DNA from: Oopsacas minuta
Taxonomy: Eukaryota; Animalia; Porifera
Length of the DNA stretch: 64,000 nucleotides
Direction: 5' to 3'
NCBI GenBank assembly: GCA_024704765.1
Contig: JAKMXF010000296.1
Coordinates: 346,465 to 410,464 of the forward strand
Below are positions 38,105 to 52,600 of the stretch, one piece after another. How positions within the stretch are numbered: the first letter of the stretch is position 1; every line of letters starts with the position of its first letter. Below the pieces are notes generated by a model. It was not told where the DNA came from. It did not search any database and saw only the letters and a program-made list of their open reading frames with translations. A program made the translations under genes and the position numbers.

Positions 38105-41100
38105 GTACGTTATTTTTTGTTTGTTGATTCGATTTCTTCCTTCAAATTTTAACTTTCAGGTTTTATCCGCTCAGTAGCGGATCCAGGAGAGCTAAATGGG
38201 ATACCTGCCCACCAGTATAATCATATAATGATATCAACATCCTTTAACTCGAACCTCAGGAGAAAATCAAATCCAGTTCGAGTTCGCATAAAGCCTCTGT
38301 TTAAGGTACCAATTACCTCCGCAACACTTTTTCAAATTATTAAGAAATGAAATTTTAGCTGCTTATTTAGTCTTTTAATCCTTTCAATGAAACTATAAAG
38401 CATTCTTATGAAGATTATTTGCACTTATAATTATTTTTGAAATGCTCTAACAATTAACATAACTCGAAACCTGAAAAGTATTTTCTAAACACGAATATTA
38501 TAGTTTAAGGTTAGGAACTGGTGAATATTGTCTATTTGAACTAGTGGATTGAAGCTTCTAATCCTGTTCTAAAATGACTGAATATATCCACATCGCTAAA
38601 ATTCTGAAAAATGCATTTAATTCTCTTTTGGCAAGGAATATTGGCACGATTTGGCAATTCTGTTTATTCAAATTTTCAATTTTTCCTTTTGGCCCAAATT
38701 GGGCTACATATTTAGTTTACGCTAGGATATCTACCAGTATTTGTAGTAGGGTAGGATCAGTGCCACGGTGGCGCAAACTACCATGTTTTTAGCATTCTCT
38801 TCTTTGGATATATTTTTCTTATGTTGAGAAAAGTCCTGAAGTCAAAATTTAAATCCTTTTTGGCGACATTATGTCGTGTCCCAATATTTTTTATAATTCA
38901 TAAGCGAAATGAATCCGCACAATGTTGGTGCTTCCTCCATTGTCAAAAATATGATATAATCTTTTTAGAGTGATATTCAGATTCAGCGTAAATGTTTCAC
39001 AAGAGACCATTTTGCGTTTTGCAAAAATATTTTCCTATATCCACAGTAGGTCTCGTAAGATCATAAATCAGGTTTCACATTGGGCTTATGTGTCCATATC
39101 CCATTTATCTAAGTTGCTGAAATATTTTATCACTTATATTTTAACTAAATATATTCAAGACCACATAATAGGTTTGAAACAATATCTAGTGAAATGTCAA
39201 TCATAATTTATTCCAAATTACATTGACCATGCAAAAATGAGGTTTAAAATATGACTTTCAACTTTTAAGTGAACATAGAAACAATATTTCGGTAAACTGA
39301 ATTATGATTCTCTCTGATCCTTTTATGTTAATCCTAATATATCAATTCCAAGATTATATCATGTAATTTTGCGAGGTATTAACCAACATTCCAAATTTCC
39401 CATGTTACATATCGAATTTCTTGGAACACTACAGAGTGTCGCCCAAATCATGTGAGTTTTGAGTTGTGCACTTTGCTCTGCACATTAAACATGTATCCAA
39501 AACCCAGAATTCTCAGAAACATTTTAAATTTGTCTTCAAGGATTGTATTTTTAGATGTGTTTCTCGAGAAGCTCGCAAGTTTACTGTTACCAGTAATTGT
39601 TTTCTTTTCATAGAAAGGCTTGTGAAATAATTTATGATAAAGAAAGAGGCTTGTGAAATATTTCATAAAAAGATACAAATATACTAAAGGAAATAAAGTA
39701 AAACTAAAGAGAGTAGGTAACTAATAGAGTAAAAGATTTTGGGGTACTGATCACGTTAAATGGGGTAACTTATTACCTCGAATGATTGCCTTTGGGTTAT
39801 TATTCAAGCCCCCTTGAGAGGGATGTTTCGTTTTTCTAAACACTATAATTTCGATTAAGCCATACGTAAGTGTTGCATTATGTTTATTCATCCATACAAA
39901 TTGTAGATTGACTAATATATATGGGAAATGACTATTGACGTCTTTATTTTTTGCAGCTTCGGGAGCTATTATTCTAGGTTGTACAGTAATTGGATATTAA
40001 TAATGTCTACCTTTTGGTCTTAGAATATCAAATCGAAAGTACTGGGGAGAGTACTGGACCAGCCATTATGTAGAAGTTCAATAGTTCGAGATATATAGGG
40101 AATATTTTCGCTGCATACATGGATTAAATTACAAGAGGTTGGAAAATATTCCTCATTATCAAGTTTAATTTAATTATTCATGCTCGCAGTTTTGTACTAA
40201 ATGTCCATGGATCTTTCACTAACTAATGTATATACTGTGCATGTACTCATTAAAGAAGGACTGTCGGCTCGAACTCAGGTCCTCAAACAATTAGAATATG
40301 TTTGAATTCCTATTTTTCGTTCTTCCCATGCTTTTGTCCGAATAAATGTATTACATAAATTTACAGAAATACATTTCATCTATCCCAAATTTCATCAATC
40401 TCCAAATGTGTGAAATTTTGTGTTTATTGCGCATTTTGGACTTAGAAGTTCTCAAGTGCGGTACCAGCACCTAACACGCGTTTACATGTGTGGGCGGGGC
40501 GATTCCCAAGACGTTTATTGCGTTGTAGTTCAGGTCTAAAGGCATTTAATTCGGGCCTGCGGGTCAAACAGCTCCCATCCGGGTTGTCGCGGATCCCACA
40601 TCCTGACCCGCGCAGATCTAATTCTTTCCTAACCTTCCCATTTACGTATACAGTTAATTCAGTTCCTAATAATCTATTCGTCGGTACACCACTGCTTATT
40701 AAATATTTTAATCCTAAACACCTATCTAGTGCTATTTTTCTCACATCTGCGACAACATTTTAGTTCGGTTATATTTTACATAAGAAAACCATGACAAATT
40801 TCCAGATTTGGATGGCAATTACGCTGATTACCCGATCAATTTGCAAGTCTCCTTGGTTATGCTAAGTATATTGTATATTTTGCAGCATATTACAATTGCC
40901 AATAATTAATATAGGTATAATAAATCAATGTATACAAATCCACGAAATTTATAACCTATCCTTAGTAAAGGGACCGCAATTACCCTCATTTGTAAATCCT
41001 CCACTTAACACTTTTGTTTTGCATAATTTTTCGGAACAAATTTGACAAATTGTGTCAAATCAAGACTCGCATTCCGAAGTATAAGTCTGAAAATAACAAC

Positions 41101-41277
41101 AGTGGGTAACAAGGAGGGAAATGGCGGCCTTTAATTATACTGTATATAGGAATTGAGCTATGGCCAATCGAACCGAACCATTTTAGGCACCAATTAATTA
41201 TGACCTGACAGTACACCAAATATAGAATTTGAGGTATAAATTCACATCATAAAACTAAAAACACTTTAGGACACTTA

Positions 41278-41530
41278 CACTCCCTGGCCAATAGTATTGG
41301 AACACCATACCATTAATGACACATGTATTTGGTTATGTCACATTGGGAGAATATTCCTATTGAATAGTCTATGGATATATCAGAAAAGGCGGTTGTGATG
41401 ACAAAATTAATAATAGAATTAAGTCCACAAATGTTTGAAATTATCTTCAGCCTATGCAACTAAAGTGAATATATATTTGTGTCATGTATCAATTGTAGCA
41501 GAGTGTTCCAATACTTTTGACCAGGGAGTG
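41278..41530. mobile_element. Tc1-derived MITE (253 bp)
   Basis: TIR CACTCCCTGGCCAATAGTATTGGAACAC versus reverse complement CACTCCCTGGTCAAAAGTATTGGAACAC, TA flanks. Confidence 0.9.
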
Positions 41531-42687
41531 TATAGAATATTATATACAATATTAATGAGTAGAATGAGCAAGAAATATGCGCAATTTTTCTTGTGTCGGA
41601 GCAAAAATGCTAATTACAAACTTGAAAATTCTATTTAGTTCAATATGTGGTTGGTTTAGAATATTTGAATTTTGGGATAGTCAATAATTTTTAAGAATAC
41701 AAAAAGTAATGTTTTTCCATCCTTTTATCAACAACCATTCGAATGTGTTAATAGAGAGTTATTTTATTCTATTTGAAAAATCTACTTTTGGCGATTTTCT
41801 AATGTCATTGTTAAGTGGCGCCTAAACTGGTTACCCACTTAAATTGTTCCGTTGCATTCCCATACTACATTACCCTATATTAAGTATAATTAGAGGTTAT
41901 GTAAAGTATAATTTGCCCATGAACCGAAATTACATCTTTGTTCCTAGTTTTAAGGCCATCTCGATGATAAGTATAGCCGTGTATTAAGTACGCCATGTGT
42001 AGCCGTTAGCTACGTATACGAAACCATTCACAAATTGTAATCTGATGGTACAAATTTTATGGAAAACGTTTTGTATGAGCACTAATTAAGACACTTTGCC
42101 TTCATTTGAGATAAATTTGTGAATAATACATTTTCATAAGATATGATTTGCAATCGTCCAAAAGCTTAGGCTCGGCTGAGCTGCGCTGATTACAAGCATC
42201 AACTTAAAGCTTAGGTTATCACACAGTGTAGTCTTGCCTAAAATAGAAATATTGGCGCCCCCTATGCTATTCAAACTACTCCTACTATTATCCAAAAAGC
42301 TTTGTTAGAACTAACACATGGATATGTATTACTCAGACATGTCCCCAATCCATCCTATCTTTAACATCACTGATAGCAGTATAACATATATCCTATCCTG
42401 TATCAGAGGCGTAGTAATCCTGGGTAATAGTGGTTCTAGCCACAAATTCCAAAGATAGTGTATGATTATCCTCCCCACCTTGATAATCATGCATTATCTT
42501 GAACGATTGTGGATTTGTGGAATCGAACAACTGTTAATGCAATTTAGTATTTTTCGACGCGCAACTCTCACTACTTTTCTTATCCTTTATATCATGTTAT
42601 CTATCACTCAAATTTTAGGTATATTTCTTTAGTAAATATCATTCCCACAAGATTAATGCAAGTGGAATAATATACGGATTGGTGGTA

Positions 42688-43965
42688 TCAGGGCGTTCAA
42701 TAAGTCTTGCGGGTCATGATATATCTTAGGAATTAGTCAAGTAATATATCTAACTTTCATATATTATCAGCCCATATAGCTAAACTCCATATACGTACTG
42801 AAAGTTTCAAGCTTATTCAATACAAATTATGAATTTTTGAGATAGTTACGTGTAGTCAATTTATACCTACTGTTCAATTTATGGCTTCAAAGGATGTTAA
42901 TTTCAACCTCAAATAGCGAGCTTACATATAGTTTCGCACAATACTCAAGATCCAGATCTCCTCTAGAGCGATGAGCTGCCCGTTTTAGATCTGGTGATGC
43001 TGATGTCACTGATTTGCCACGATCTGGAAGACCGGTATCCGCCACAACATCAGAGAATATCGCACTCTTGAAAGTATAGTCATGGAAACCAAGTGCATTA
43101 CTGTCAATCAGTTAGAACAAAGTATGGAGATTTCATCGGGAGCTATTCGTACAATTCTGACGAAATCTTGGTTACCGATCGATTTGTGAGAAATGGATCC
43201 CGCTTAAACTCAGTGAGAATCAAAGGTTGGCACGACTGAATATTGCCAAGAAACTCTTGGGAACTTATGAGAACTGTGATTCTAGACGCCTAACAGAGAT
43301 TATTACTGGTGACGAGACGAGGGTATACTATTCAACACCATATAGCAAGTATAAGAAGCGATCCTGGGTGATGGGCGACGAACAACCGGCGAAAATTCCT
43401 AGACCGACTTCAGAAAACCTAAGATTATGTATACCATCTTCTTCAGTAGTCATGGAATTGTCTCGCAATTACCTTGTGAGAGTGGCAAAGCTGTTACTGC
43501 TACTTTCTTTACAGAGCAAGTGCTTCCAAATTTGATAAAAAATATAGAAAAGTACCGCCCGAAAACCGGAACTCGAGCAATGAAGATTTTAAATGATAAC
43601 GCCGGTTCCCATACAGCTAAGCTTACCATTAATTTCTTGGCTGTAGAAGGGTTAGAGTTACTTCCCCATCCACCACACTCACCAGACCTAGCTCCGTGTG
43701 ATTTTTGGCTATTCCCCAAGCCTAAAATCTACCTTCAGGGCAAAGATTTTAACACATTACAAGCACTCGGAGCGGGCTTGTACCATTACTTCAAATCCAT
43801 CCCCGAAGAAGATTACAGAAATGTGTTTTACAAGTGGGTGGAAGGTTGCAAATTTGTGTATCTTCAGGAGGGGATTCCTTTGAGTAAATAATATAGTGAA
43901 TTAGTGTGTATAGTGTTTGTATCATATTCTATGATATCACTCGCAGGACCTATTGAACACCCTAG
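42688..43965 (+). mobile_element. mariner element (1278 bp), inactive
   Basis: TIR TCAGGGCGTTCAATAAGTCTTGCG versus reverse complement CTAGGGTGTTCAATAGGTCCTGCG, TA flanks. Transposase ~42881-43891 with ITGDET, DNAGSH, HPPHSPDLAPCDFWLFP (DD34D type). Confidence 0.92.
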
Positions 43966-44962
43966 TAATGGATCTGTGATAGGATATAGCATTGTGAGCA
44001 TCACACCAAGTAATTACATATTTCGTTGGCCCAATTCAACATAATATTAGTATATTTCTTCGAGTTATGCCAATAGCATACTTGTAGTTGCACAACATAA
44101 CTCAAGTACAAATTGAACATAGTAGTTAATTTATAAACTTCCAAGCGAGTGTGTAGTTTGGACACGGGTAATGATTTCACCAATTAAATTTAATGAAAGG
44201 TTTGCTCAATACGAATCAATTATAGATTGTTAACCAAAATCTATGCCACTTGATGACTATGGGTCCTATAGCCCCCAAAAACCCCCAGTTGGATTGTTAT
44301 CCCTCATCAGCAATTACTATATCAAAAAATGTATACACCCTTGATCCTAAATTGTTCAAAATTCTCAGGTTAAGCCCCTTTAAATCCCTTTGAGCACGTC
44401 TTTAAATAAAATTCTAGCGCGCTTGGCATGCTAGGTCGCTTCAGGGCCACATTGAGGTAGTTCGGGGCCCTATTCACAGTATTATTTATGAATATTCGGA
44501 AATATGTAAAAGTTTACTTGTAGAGATACCTGTAACCAAATCTCAACCATCTAACATATATTTTGGCTGAGCAGTAGCAAATAAGGTGATTTTTTAAATG
44601 CCAAAAAGGTGACAATTACGTCAAATTTTCGTCTAGGGTCTGAACTTTCGTCCAAAACTCAAACTTGTTCGAACTTGATTCAATACGCATTCCAAAAATT
44701 AGCCCTTTGGGCCTACGATTTCTTTAAAACAATTCTGGGCACACAACACATTGACTATTTTCAAGTGTAGTCTTATAATCAATATCTTCTGTTTACAGCG
44801 CATGCTGGGTATTTGGACATTATGTACTTACAACATGGTGAGTACTTGGCATTATATGCTTACAATATGCAGGGTATTCGGACATTATGTGCAATTCACA
44901 ACGATGTTCTTATCACCGGCATCCACTGTTTTAAAACGCAATAATATATCTATTTGTATATG

Positions 44963-45068
44963 CTAGCGCACTTCGCTTGCTAGGTCGCTTGCTAGGTCGC
45001 TGCTCGACAGCTTAGTACCTCAGGTTAGCTTAAGTATTAAACAGTTAAATTCCTTGATGTTTTTGGTC
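44963..45068. repeat. dispersed ~100-bp repeat family (other copies ~19307-19388, ~62938-63035 inverted, partial ~44414)
   Basis: Shared core GCTTGCT(A/T)GGTCGCT...CAGGTTAGCTTAAGT..AAACA...TTCTTGATG.TTTT in all copies. Two copies end at a shared CTAG boundary. Confidence 0.7.
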
Positions 45069-46649
45069 GGTACTTGACCTGTTGTATTCGCCTCGAGCTC
45101 GGGTCAAATTTTGCGGAAATTTTCATTTTGTATTTCATTGCTCATCCAATCTCTTAATACTCGAGACAAGAAGTACCCAGATTATGAACCAAATGCCAAA
45201 AGCAGCTCAAGTAATACTACAGAAAGCCATTACATGGATTTTGGAACGGCCATGGATAATACAAAATTACAAGTTCTGCTAAAAACTTTCTTCAAACATG
45301 TTGCGCGAGTATACCCGGTTGCGGCTGCTTGGCCCCCCCAGATCATGTGAAATTTAAATATTATATACTTAGGTGTCCTGACTTACTTTACAAAAATATT
45401 TTGTGTAATTTTCTAATGAGGCGGAGTTTTTCGACTTGACCCAGCTGCAATTTAGCCTCGTTACTCCACTGGGTTACAATAATGCTTATAATATATTATT
45501 TTCGGACTCTTAAACAGTGTGGACTGTCGAGCGGATACTGAGAACACAAAAACATATTATTCCAAAGACCGCCTACTAATCTTAAGACCTTACTCACAGT
45601 GGGCTACTATCGTGCATTAAGCATGAATTCTTACCTTCATTTTATACCATTTTGAATGCTGAATTACATCTTAGATATAGTCAATGAGCAATATGTAAAT
45701 TATCAGATGAAATAGTTAAATAAGAATTTCTATTTTTATGGTCAATCAAATATAAGCCTTCATTGCTGTATTCTATTTTATACATTCATTATATATGACA
45801 GAGGCTTTTCCAGTGACCTATTGAATTTAGAATGCATGCTGGTGTTCATCTACATGTTTTCCAAGCAAAGTGAGTGTGCTTAGTTTGAATAGATCATTCA
45901 TTTTCTTCAGGAACGAAAAGTTTAATCAGATATTATGGATACAATACTGTGAAAATTTGTATAAACTCTCTTCTTCAAAATACCATAGATGAACTCTACT
46001 TGTATTTAACAGTAATTCATCAATAAGATACTCATGTGTTAGTTATTCTTCAGTTGCCACAGATATTCACATATTCAATTGTCTTCTAATACAAACTAAG
46101 TTAAGTAAATATATAGATTTATTTATTACTGTATTTGGTAATTAAGATTATGTCATTTAATGAAAACCTGATGTGATATAACAAAATTGAAACAAATGAA
46201 CCGCAATAATCGACTTACTATACAGTGATAATGCATTGTATAAGCTTATATCTAAAATTGATCGCGTAACACCCTAATACTAGTAAATCACGATAATAGC
46301 CCACTGTACTTATCCAAAGACATCGTATAAATAGACATTTCATTGGATATATCATTTGATTACTTCAAGTCTAATTAATTTGAGTTACGCTCTTAATTTT
46401 CTCGATAATATCAATTTTTTTGTATTTCGGCTCGAATATATGTATTATTGATGGATAACGATCAACATAAGCCATGTCATCCAACTATTTCCATTTCGAA
46501 ATATCGTTATCTTATGGTATACAAGGCAATCTTATGTTAAGATCTCTAGATTATTGCTCTCATAAATAATCACCAGTACCTCTTCGATTTTAATTATATT
46601 ATCAAGTAATCTAATGATGTTTATTCATAAAGTATACTTTTGTAATGAT

Positions 46650-47609
46650 GAGAGGTCAAGAAAGTAAGCTATAATAGATACCATGGATGTCGCATTTTTG
46701 GTAAATATCCACCCAGATAAAGAATCTGCTCGACGAATAATCAAGAAATACTTAGGTATGAAATATTTCAATCGAAGTAGAGTAGAGTCTCTTAATGACC
46801 AGGTAATTCAAAAGAGAATCCATAGATGCCGTAGACTGCTGGATCGACTCAAAAAGGTCAACAGTAATTCAATTGTATTTTCAGATGATAAGATTTCTGT
46901 ATTGAGGAGAAGTGGAACTCTCAAATTTCGCGGGTTTATTCCTTAACACGTAATGACATCTCAGAAAACTTAAGAAGTGTCCAGAAATCACACCACCCCA
47001 AAAGTATTATGGTTTGGCGGGAATTCAGTTTTGGGAAAACTCCGTTAGTATTCAGACCCGAATGTACAAAAATTAATGCTCAGGTATAGAAAGATTTTAT
47101 ACTGGAGAAACATGTCTTAGCAATTGGTTTGATCTTCATGAAACTAATCCATGGCTATTCAACATGATGGTGTACCGGGCTCATACCGCTAAAATATCTT
47201 AACATTGGTTGTTAAGTAAGAAAGATCCAGGGTTTTTGAACCGTGACGAATGGCCCCCTTCAAGTCCTGACCTAAACCCTTGTGATTATTATTTGTGGGG
47301 AAGACTAGAGAGACCGGTAAACAATAGATCCCACGATAATATTCCAGCACTAAAACGAGCGGTAAAGAAAGCTTGTTGTGAATTAGATCAGGATGAGGTC
47401 GCTCGTGCCTGCAAATTCTTTCCGTCCAGACTTAAAGATTGTCTGAAAGCCGGAGGGAATAGATTTGAAATCAAGTAGAGCCAAAATAGTTTCGTATATG
47501 ATAGTTGGACATAATAGCATTTTCTTAACAAAAATATTGGTCTGGTTATATGCTTTACACGCACAAGAATTACATTTAAATTTTGTTGCAGTACTTTTGA
47601 GGCACCATG
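46650..47609 (+). mobile_element. 5'-truncated maT/DD37D-like Tc1-mariner element
   Basis: IVFSDDK, FQHDGVP, EWPPSSPDLNPCDYYLWG motifs. Right TIR ...ACTTTTGAGGCACCATG|TA. Left TIR not found; start approximate. Confidence 0.8.
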
Positions 47610-48312
47610 TATATGTATATATTAGGGTACTCAGCTGTCCCTTTTATTTGAAAACTTAATTCGCTTGCTACTATTTATGTTCTCTATGCTGTTTTGATTA
47701 ATTATACCCAATTTGAATGTAATGCAAATGATTTAATGGTACCGAAATAGAACTTTGAAATGGTCCTGATTTTTTGTTCTTTTCTCCGATCTTCCCCAAT
47801 TTGGTGAAAATACAGTTTGATGATGGCCAGAGATCTGAAAAATTGGAATTGTCCTCTTTGGGGGTGGGTTTATGTCGGTTAATATAACACCTTGATAACC
47901 GATCTTGTATAGTTTTGAGTCTTTGGACGATATTCATGAAAATCGCTTCAATCGTTGATAGGCATCATATCAGTGCCGATACCAACTATTTTCGTCAATT
48001 TCTCCTAAACTGTACAAGATTAGTTATTGAATAGTGTTATTTACCGCCATTAACCCACATCCAAACTATCTATTCCAAGATATCTCCATATGATGGATCT
48101 ACATTTCATAAAAATTGTGCGAAAACAGAAGAAAAGCATTAAGCAACCAAACAATTACTAAAATATATTGTGGTGCTACTAATTCTTCATGGATTTCATT
48201 AAAATTGTGCACGATGACTCTATGCAGTATATATAACCTGGAAGTAGAAGCGACATTTGTTTTTAGACGAAAGGGGCAAAGGATCACTGTGTTACACATA
48301 TATATATATATA

Positions 48313-48512
48313 CAATTGAATCTCCGAATAACGTACATGTCGGGACATGGTATCTGTCCGCTGTAGAGAATCGTCAGCTCCTCGGAGACTGCTTAAGTTG
48401 GAATTTCATGCTTGGCAAATTGATCCGTGCCACGGGGTTTGTCCGTTGTAGGGGAATGGGTTTCTGCAGAACAATCAGCTTCTCCGAGTGTCCGTTATGG
48501 GAGACTCCACTG
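48313..48512. mobile_element. pogo/Tigger-derived MITE (200 bp)
   Basis: TIR CAATTGAATCTCCGAATAACGTACA versus reverse complement CAGTGGAGTCTCCCATAACGGACA, TA flanks. Same family as 921-1074. Confidence 0.8.
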
Positions 48513-49649
48513 TATATATACGTTGTTTCTTTATTGTAGAAACAGTGTATTTAGCTTGAATAAATGCATTACATCTAATATATGCTACATATTCTCAGTA
48601 ACGCGTCAGAGTAATGTGTCTAGTAAGCATATATATTAGTAAAATGTATCATTCTTTTGTGCCTTCTGAATGTCAGTAAACATTTATCATCTCAAGTTGA
48701 ATCTTAATGAAGTGATCTATGAATAATTTGATCCTAAAGGTTCAAAATTTGTATACAAAAGTTGCCTCATTGCTGAGTTGAGGTAACTACAATTGATGAC
48801 TAATTATTACGAATATTCGCTTATAACTTGACAATTGTTAAAATTATCGTGATATCAGAATATCCAATTTATACTACATATACCCGACTTCCGATGCCAT
48901 TCTAATACAATTTGATATGATGTAATTGATAAATATTGCGCAATCTTGAAAAAGACTATATGGAGGTATCATCACTTTAATACTAGATATCATATCATAT
49001 TGTGTTACAGTGTATAAGTAGTCGGGTATATTGTATATACGGGCTTTTCTGATTTCACCATAAGATTCTCGAGTTATAATAGAATATTCATCTAAATTTG
49101 TCATCCATGCTCTCTACCGTAACTCAGCAATGATCCACTTTTGTATTACAATTATCTATATTTAGACTCGAAACATCTATAGGTCATTTCATACATTCAC
49201 ATTCGAACTGATAATTCTATCATGAACTTGATAAGATAAAGCTTATAAAGGGTACTCCATTTTATGTACTGTATTTATTGAATTCCATATTTCAGGAATT
49301 TTAGTCTGATTTGTTGACACATTCACGAGTTATTGGATGTACCATGGACAGCATATATTTTGCCACATCCGCTAATATCTCTTCTATTTTGACAAAAATG
49401 CATACTTTCTGAAATATTGAATTCCCTATATACAGTATATAGATGCACTACTCTTGCTACATATCCTGGTAATCTTGTGCCAGGGCCTTATGCTACGTAG
49501 GTCACGATGCTATATTCAACACTCTGCAGGGCTTCAAAGAGTGATTTATTTTACTAGATAATTTCTTAAAAGACATATTTTGACATATTTCCTAATGTTT
49601 TAATTTATTAGAATATAATTGATGATCTACCAATATGTAATATCATAGC

Positions 49650-52600
49650 CTACTATACAAAAGGTCTCATAACTGATTATAGATTTTGGACCAGTATGCA
49701 CGATGCGACCGAATTTGAATTTGAATTAATGTTGCGAGTAATCATCATAGGAGGTATAATAATGTATTACAATAGAGTTTCGTTAATACGTACACAGTTA
49801 AGACGCAACTCCGGATAATGTGGAGGAATATTCACAGTCCCCTGGTGTACGTATTATCGAGACTATACAGTATATAGCATATTTTGGTGTTTTATGTGAT
49901 TTTACATAGGCATCACCCTGTTTTAACTCTTCAATTTTATGTTGTTATTGACCAATAAGGCTACTGCAGACAGTAACATCATCAAAGGTTCGAATGTCTT
50001 CACTTAAATCGCATCTTAAACAATGATAACACGCCTGGGCAGATACTTACCCAATGTCAGAATATACCTACTCGATACATATGTGCCATCTATGTACTGA
50101 AGAACTTTATTCACTGATTTTAAATGGAGCACAATCAACATTATCGCCACTTTACCTGAATTTCACAATGGCTCTACCATGAGTCATGACCTTTACAGTT
50201 ATATTTAGAAGATTGCACTCACTGTAGAGAAATACCTACGTTAATATGAACATCATACTAAAGCAACAGACTGGGATATATGGCACTACTAAACTAATTC
50301 TAATTCTACCTGGCAGTTGTCACGAAGACTATACAGGGTGACAATTAAGTTCTGTTACATTGATTGTACAGTCGCTAATTACTATGTTTACAGTGCAACC
50401 CTAATCACTAGTCTTTTTTCGTTAACTTTACTTGAGTATAGTCGAGTTACAATTGCATTTGATCTGTTTAGCATCCAGTACATTTTTCTTACATCATGGT
50501 AGATGCAAGGTCCAAAATCATCACTCACTATTTGTCCGGTAATACGCCAACTGAAATTTTGAAGAAGCTGAAACATGAGAAAGTGAATAGAATGCTGGTG
50601 TATCGAACCATACAACGATACAAAGAAACTAGTGGCATAACTGATATGGCTCGTTCAGGCAGACCACCCACTGCGAGATCCATCCGACTCAGGAGGGCAG
50701 TGAGAAGTCGAGTTGCGCGAAATCCCAGACGCTCGATGCGAAAAATGGCCAAGAAATTGGAAATTAACCGTGAATCGCTTAGAAAACTCGTACATCAGGA
50801 CTTGGGACTAAAATCTCTCAAAAGAAAGACGGTACATCATTTGACACCATCAATTCGTCAAAAGAGACTCGAAAGATGCAAGGGGCTCCTCCGGCGGCTC
50901 GGAACCCAAGATTTTGAAAATATTCTTTTTTTCCGATGAAACGCTCTTCACTGTAAAGGAAGCCACGAACCGTCAAAATGACAGGATTTTATCTACTACC
51001 GCTAAAGACATCCCTGAAGAGGGTAAATTTGTTGATCGAGTCCAGAGACCTCAATCTGTTATGGTTTGGGGAGGAGTGACAGCCAATTCGAGGACAAATC
51101 TGATTTTATCCCGAAAGGAGTAAAAATAAACTCAAAAACGTACAGGAAGCTAGTACTCGAGCCGGAAGTCAAAGATGCAGGTCGTCACCTATTCAAAAAC
51201 CAGGAATGGATATTCCAACAGGACTCAGCTCCAGCGCATGTCTCAAATGCGACTCAGTCCTGACTCAGGGGGCAAAATATCAAGTTTTTGTCAAAGACGG
51301 AATGGCCACCTTCCAGCCCGGACCTCAATCCGCTGGATTATTCTGTGTGGGGTAATTTAGAGAAGAGGGCTTGTGCTAAACCCCCTAAAAGTTTGGCGTC
51401 GCTACTGAACGCATTAACCAGAGAATGGAATAACATGCTACAAGAAGACCTGCGAGCCGCAGTCCTAAAATTTAGGACACGAATACATTCCGTTGTTAAG
51501 AATAAGGGTGGCTATATTGAATAATATTTGTAGAATAATTCGCTACTATATAACTAATATTCAAGAGAAATTTGAACGATATCTATTGTATAGTTTCGGA
51601 GTTATTCGCAAATTCGAATGTAGCAGAACTTTAATGTCACCCTGTATATCGGGTTGTCATCTTGGCATATGTAATAACTGCTGAAAATTGTTTCGGAAAA
51701 TTTTAGAGCACCTCCCGTAACTTTGAGCAAGGTACTCATTTCGGAATACCACATCGGTCAGGCAACAGAGTTGAAAAAATATCATGAAAGTGGATCAATT
51801 TGGGTCTGGAATCTTAGCACAAAAATGATCATAATCACTAGGATCGTGAGGTTTATCGGGATCACATAACCGGACCATAATATGAGTGTGAGCCCACGTT
51901 TTGGAATTCTATTGTATAAATGTAGTCTTTTGGCTTTATCTTCACGTGACCATTTATCAAATCCTCAATTAAGCTCTGCAACCTCATTTAGAACACTCGG
52001 ATAATTATATCGGGATACCTTTTCATTTAATGAGTTTGGACTTAATCTCCTACCACTGCCGATTACATGTAAAAGTATGAAAAAGTGGCTTACCATATTT
52101 CCTCACTATACTCACTGCATCTAGATATAACTCAAATTTTGTCGAGGGCTGCCAGCATCGGAGGGAAGATAACACTACGTCTCCTGTCTTGAGACACTGT
52201 GTCACTCGCAGCAATTGCATAAGAGAAACCACAGTAAGATCAGCTATGAACTTCTTTATGATTGTGAACGATGAGATTCTGTTGCTGCTACACTATTTTG
52301 ACTTACATATCCACAGCGTAATGATGGAAGTCTCCCATTCAGCTACAACGACTGTGACTGCTCCATACCATCATGCGGTATATATAGCCTCCTTAGCGGT
52401 GGCAATTCTCTCCCTTTTCCTGTGAGGAATCTTTTGCTACCAACAATCATGACCTGAAGGAAAGAAAAGAATATAATGTAATGCATCATAAGCGCTCAGT
52501 GGGTTTTAGTTATCACGGTCAGACCACCTGAACGCTAGTGCAACGCTATTTCTCTGCTGGCTGCTGAGGACTGGTGCTCCAGTTTATCCTGAAGACGGAT

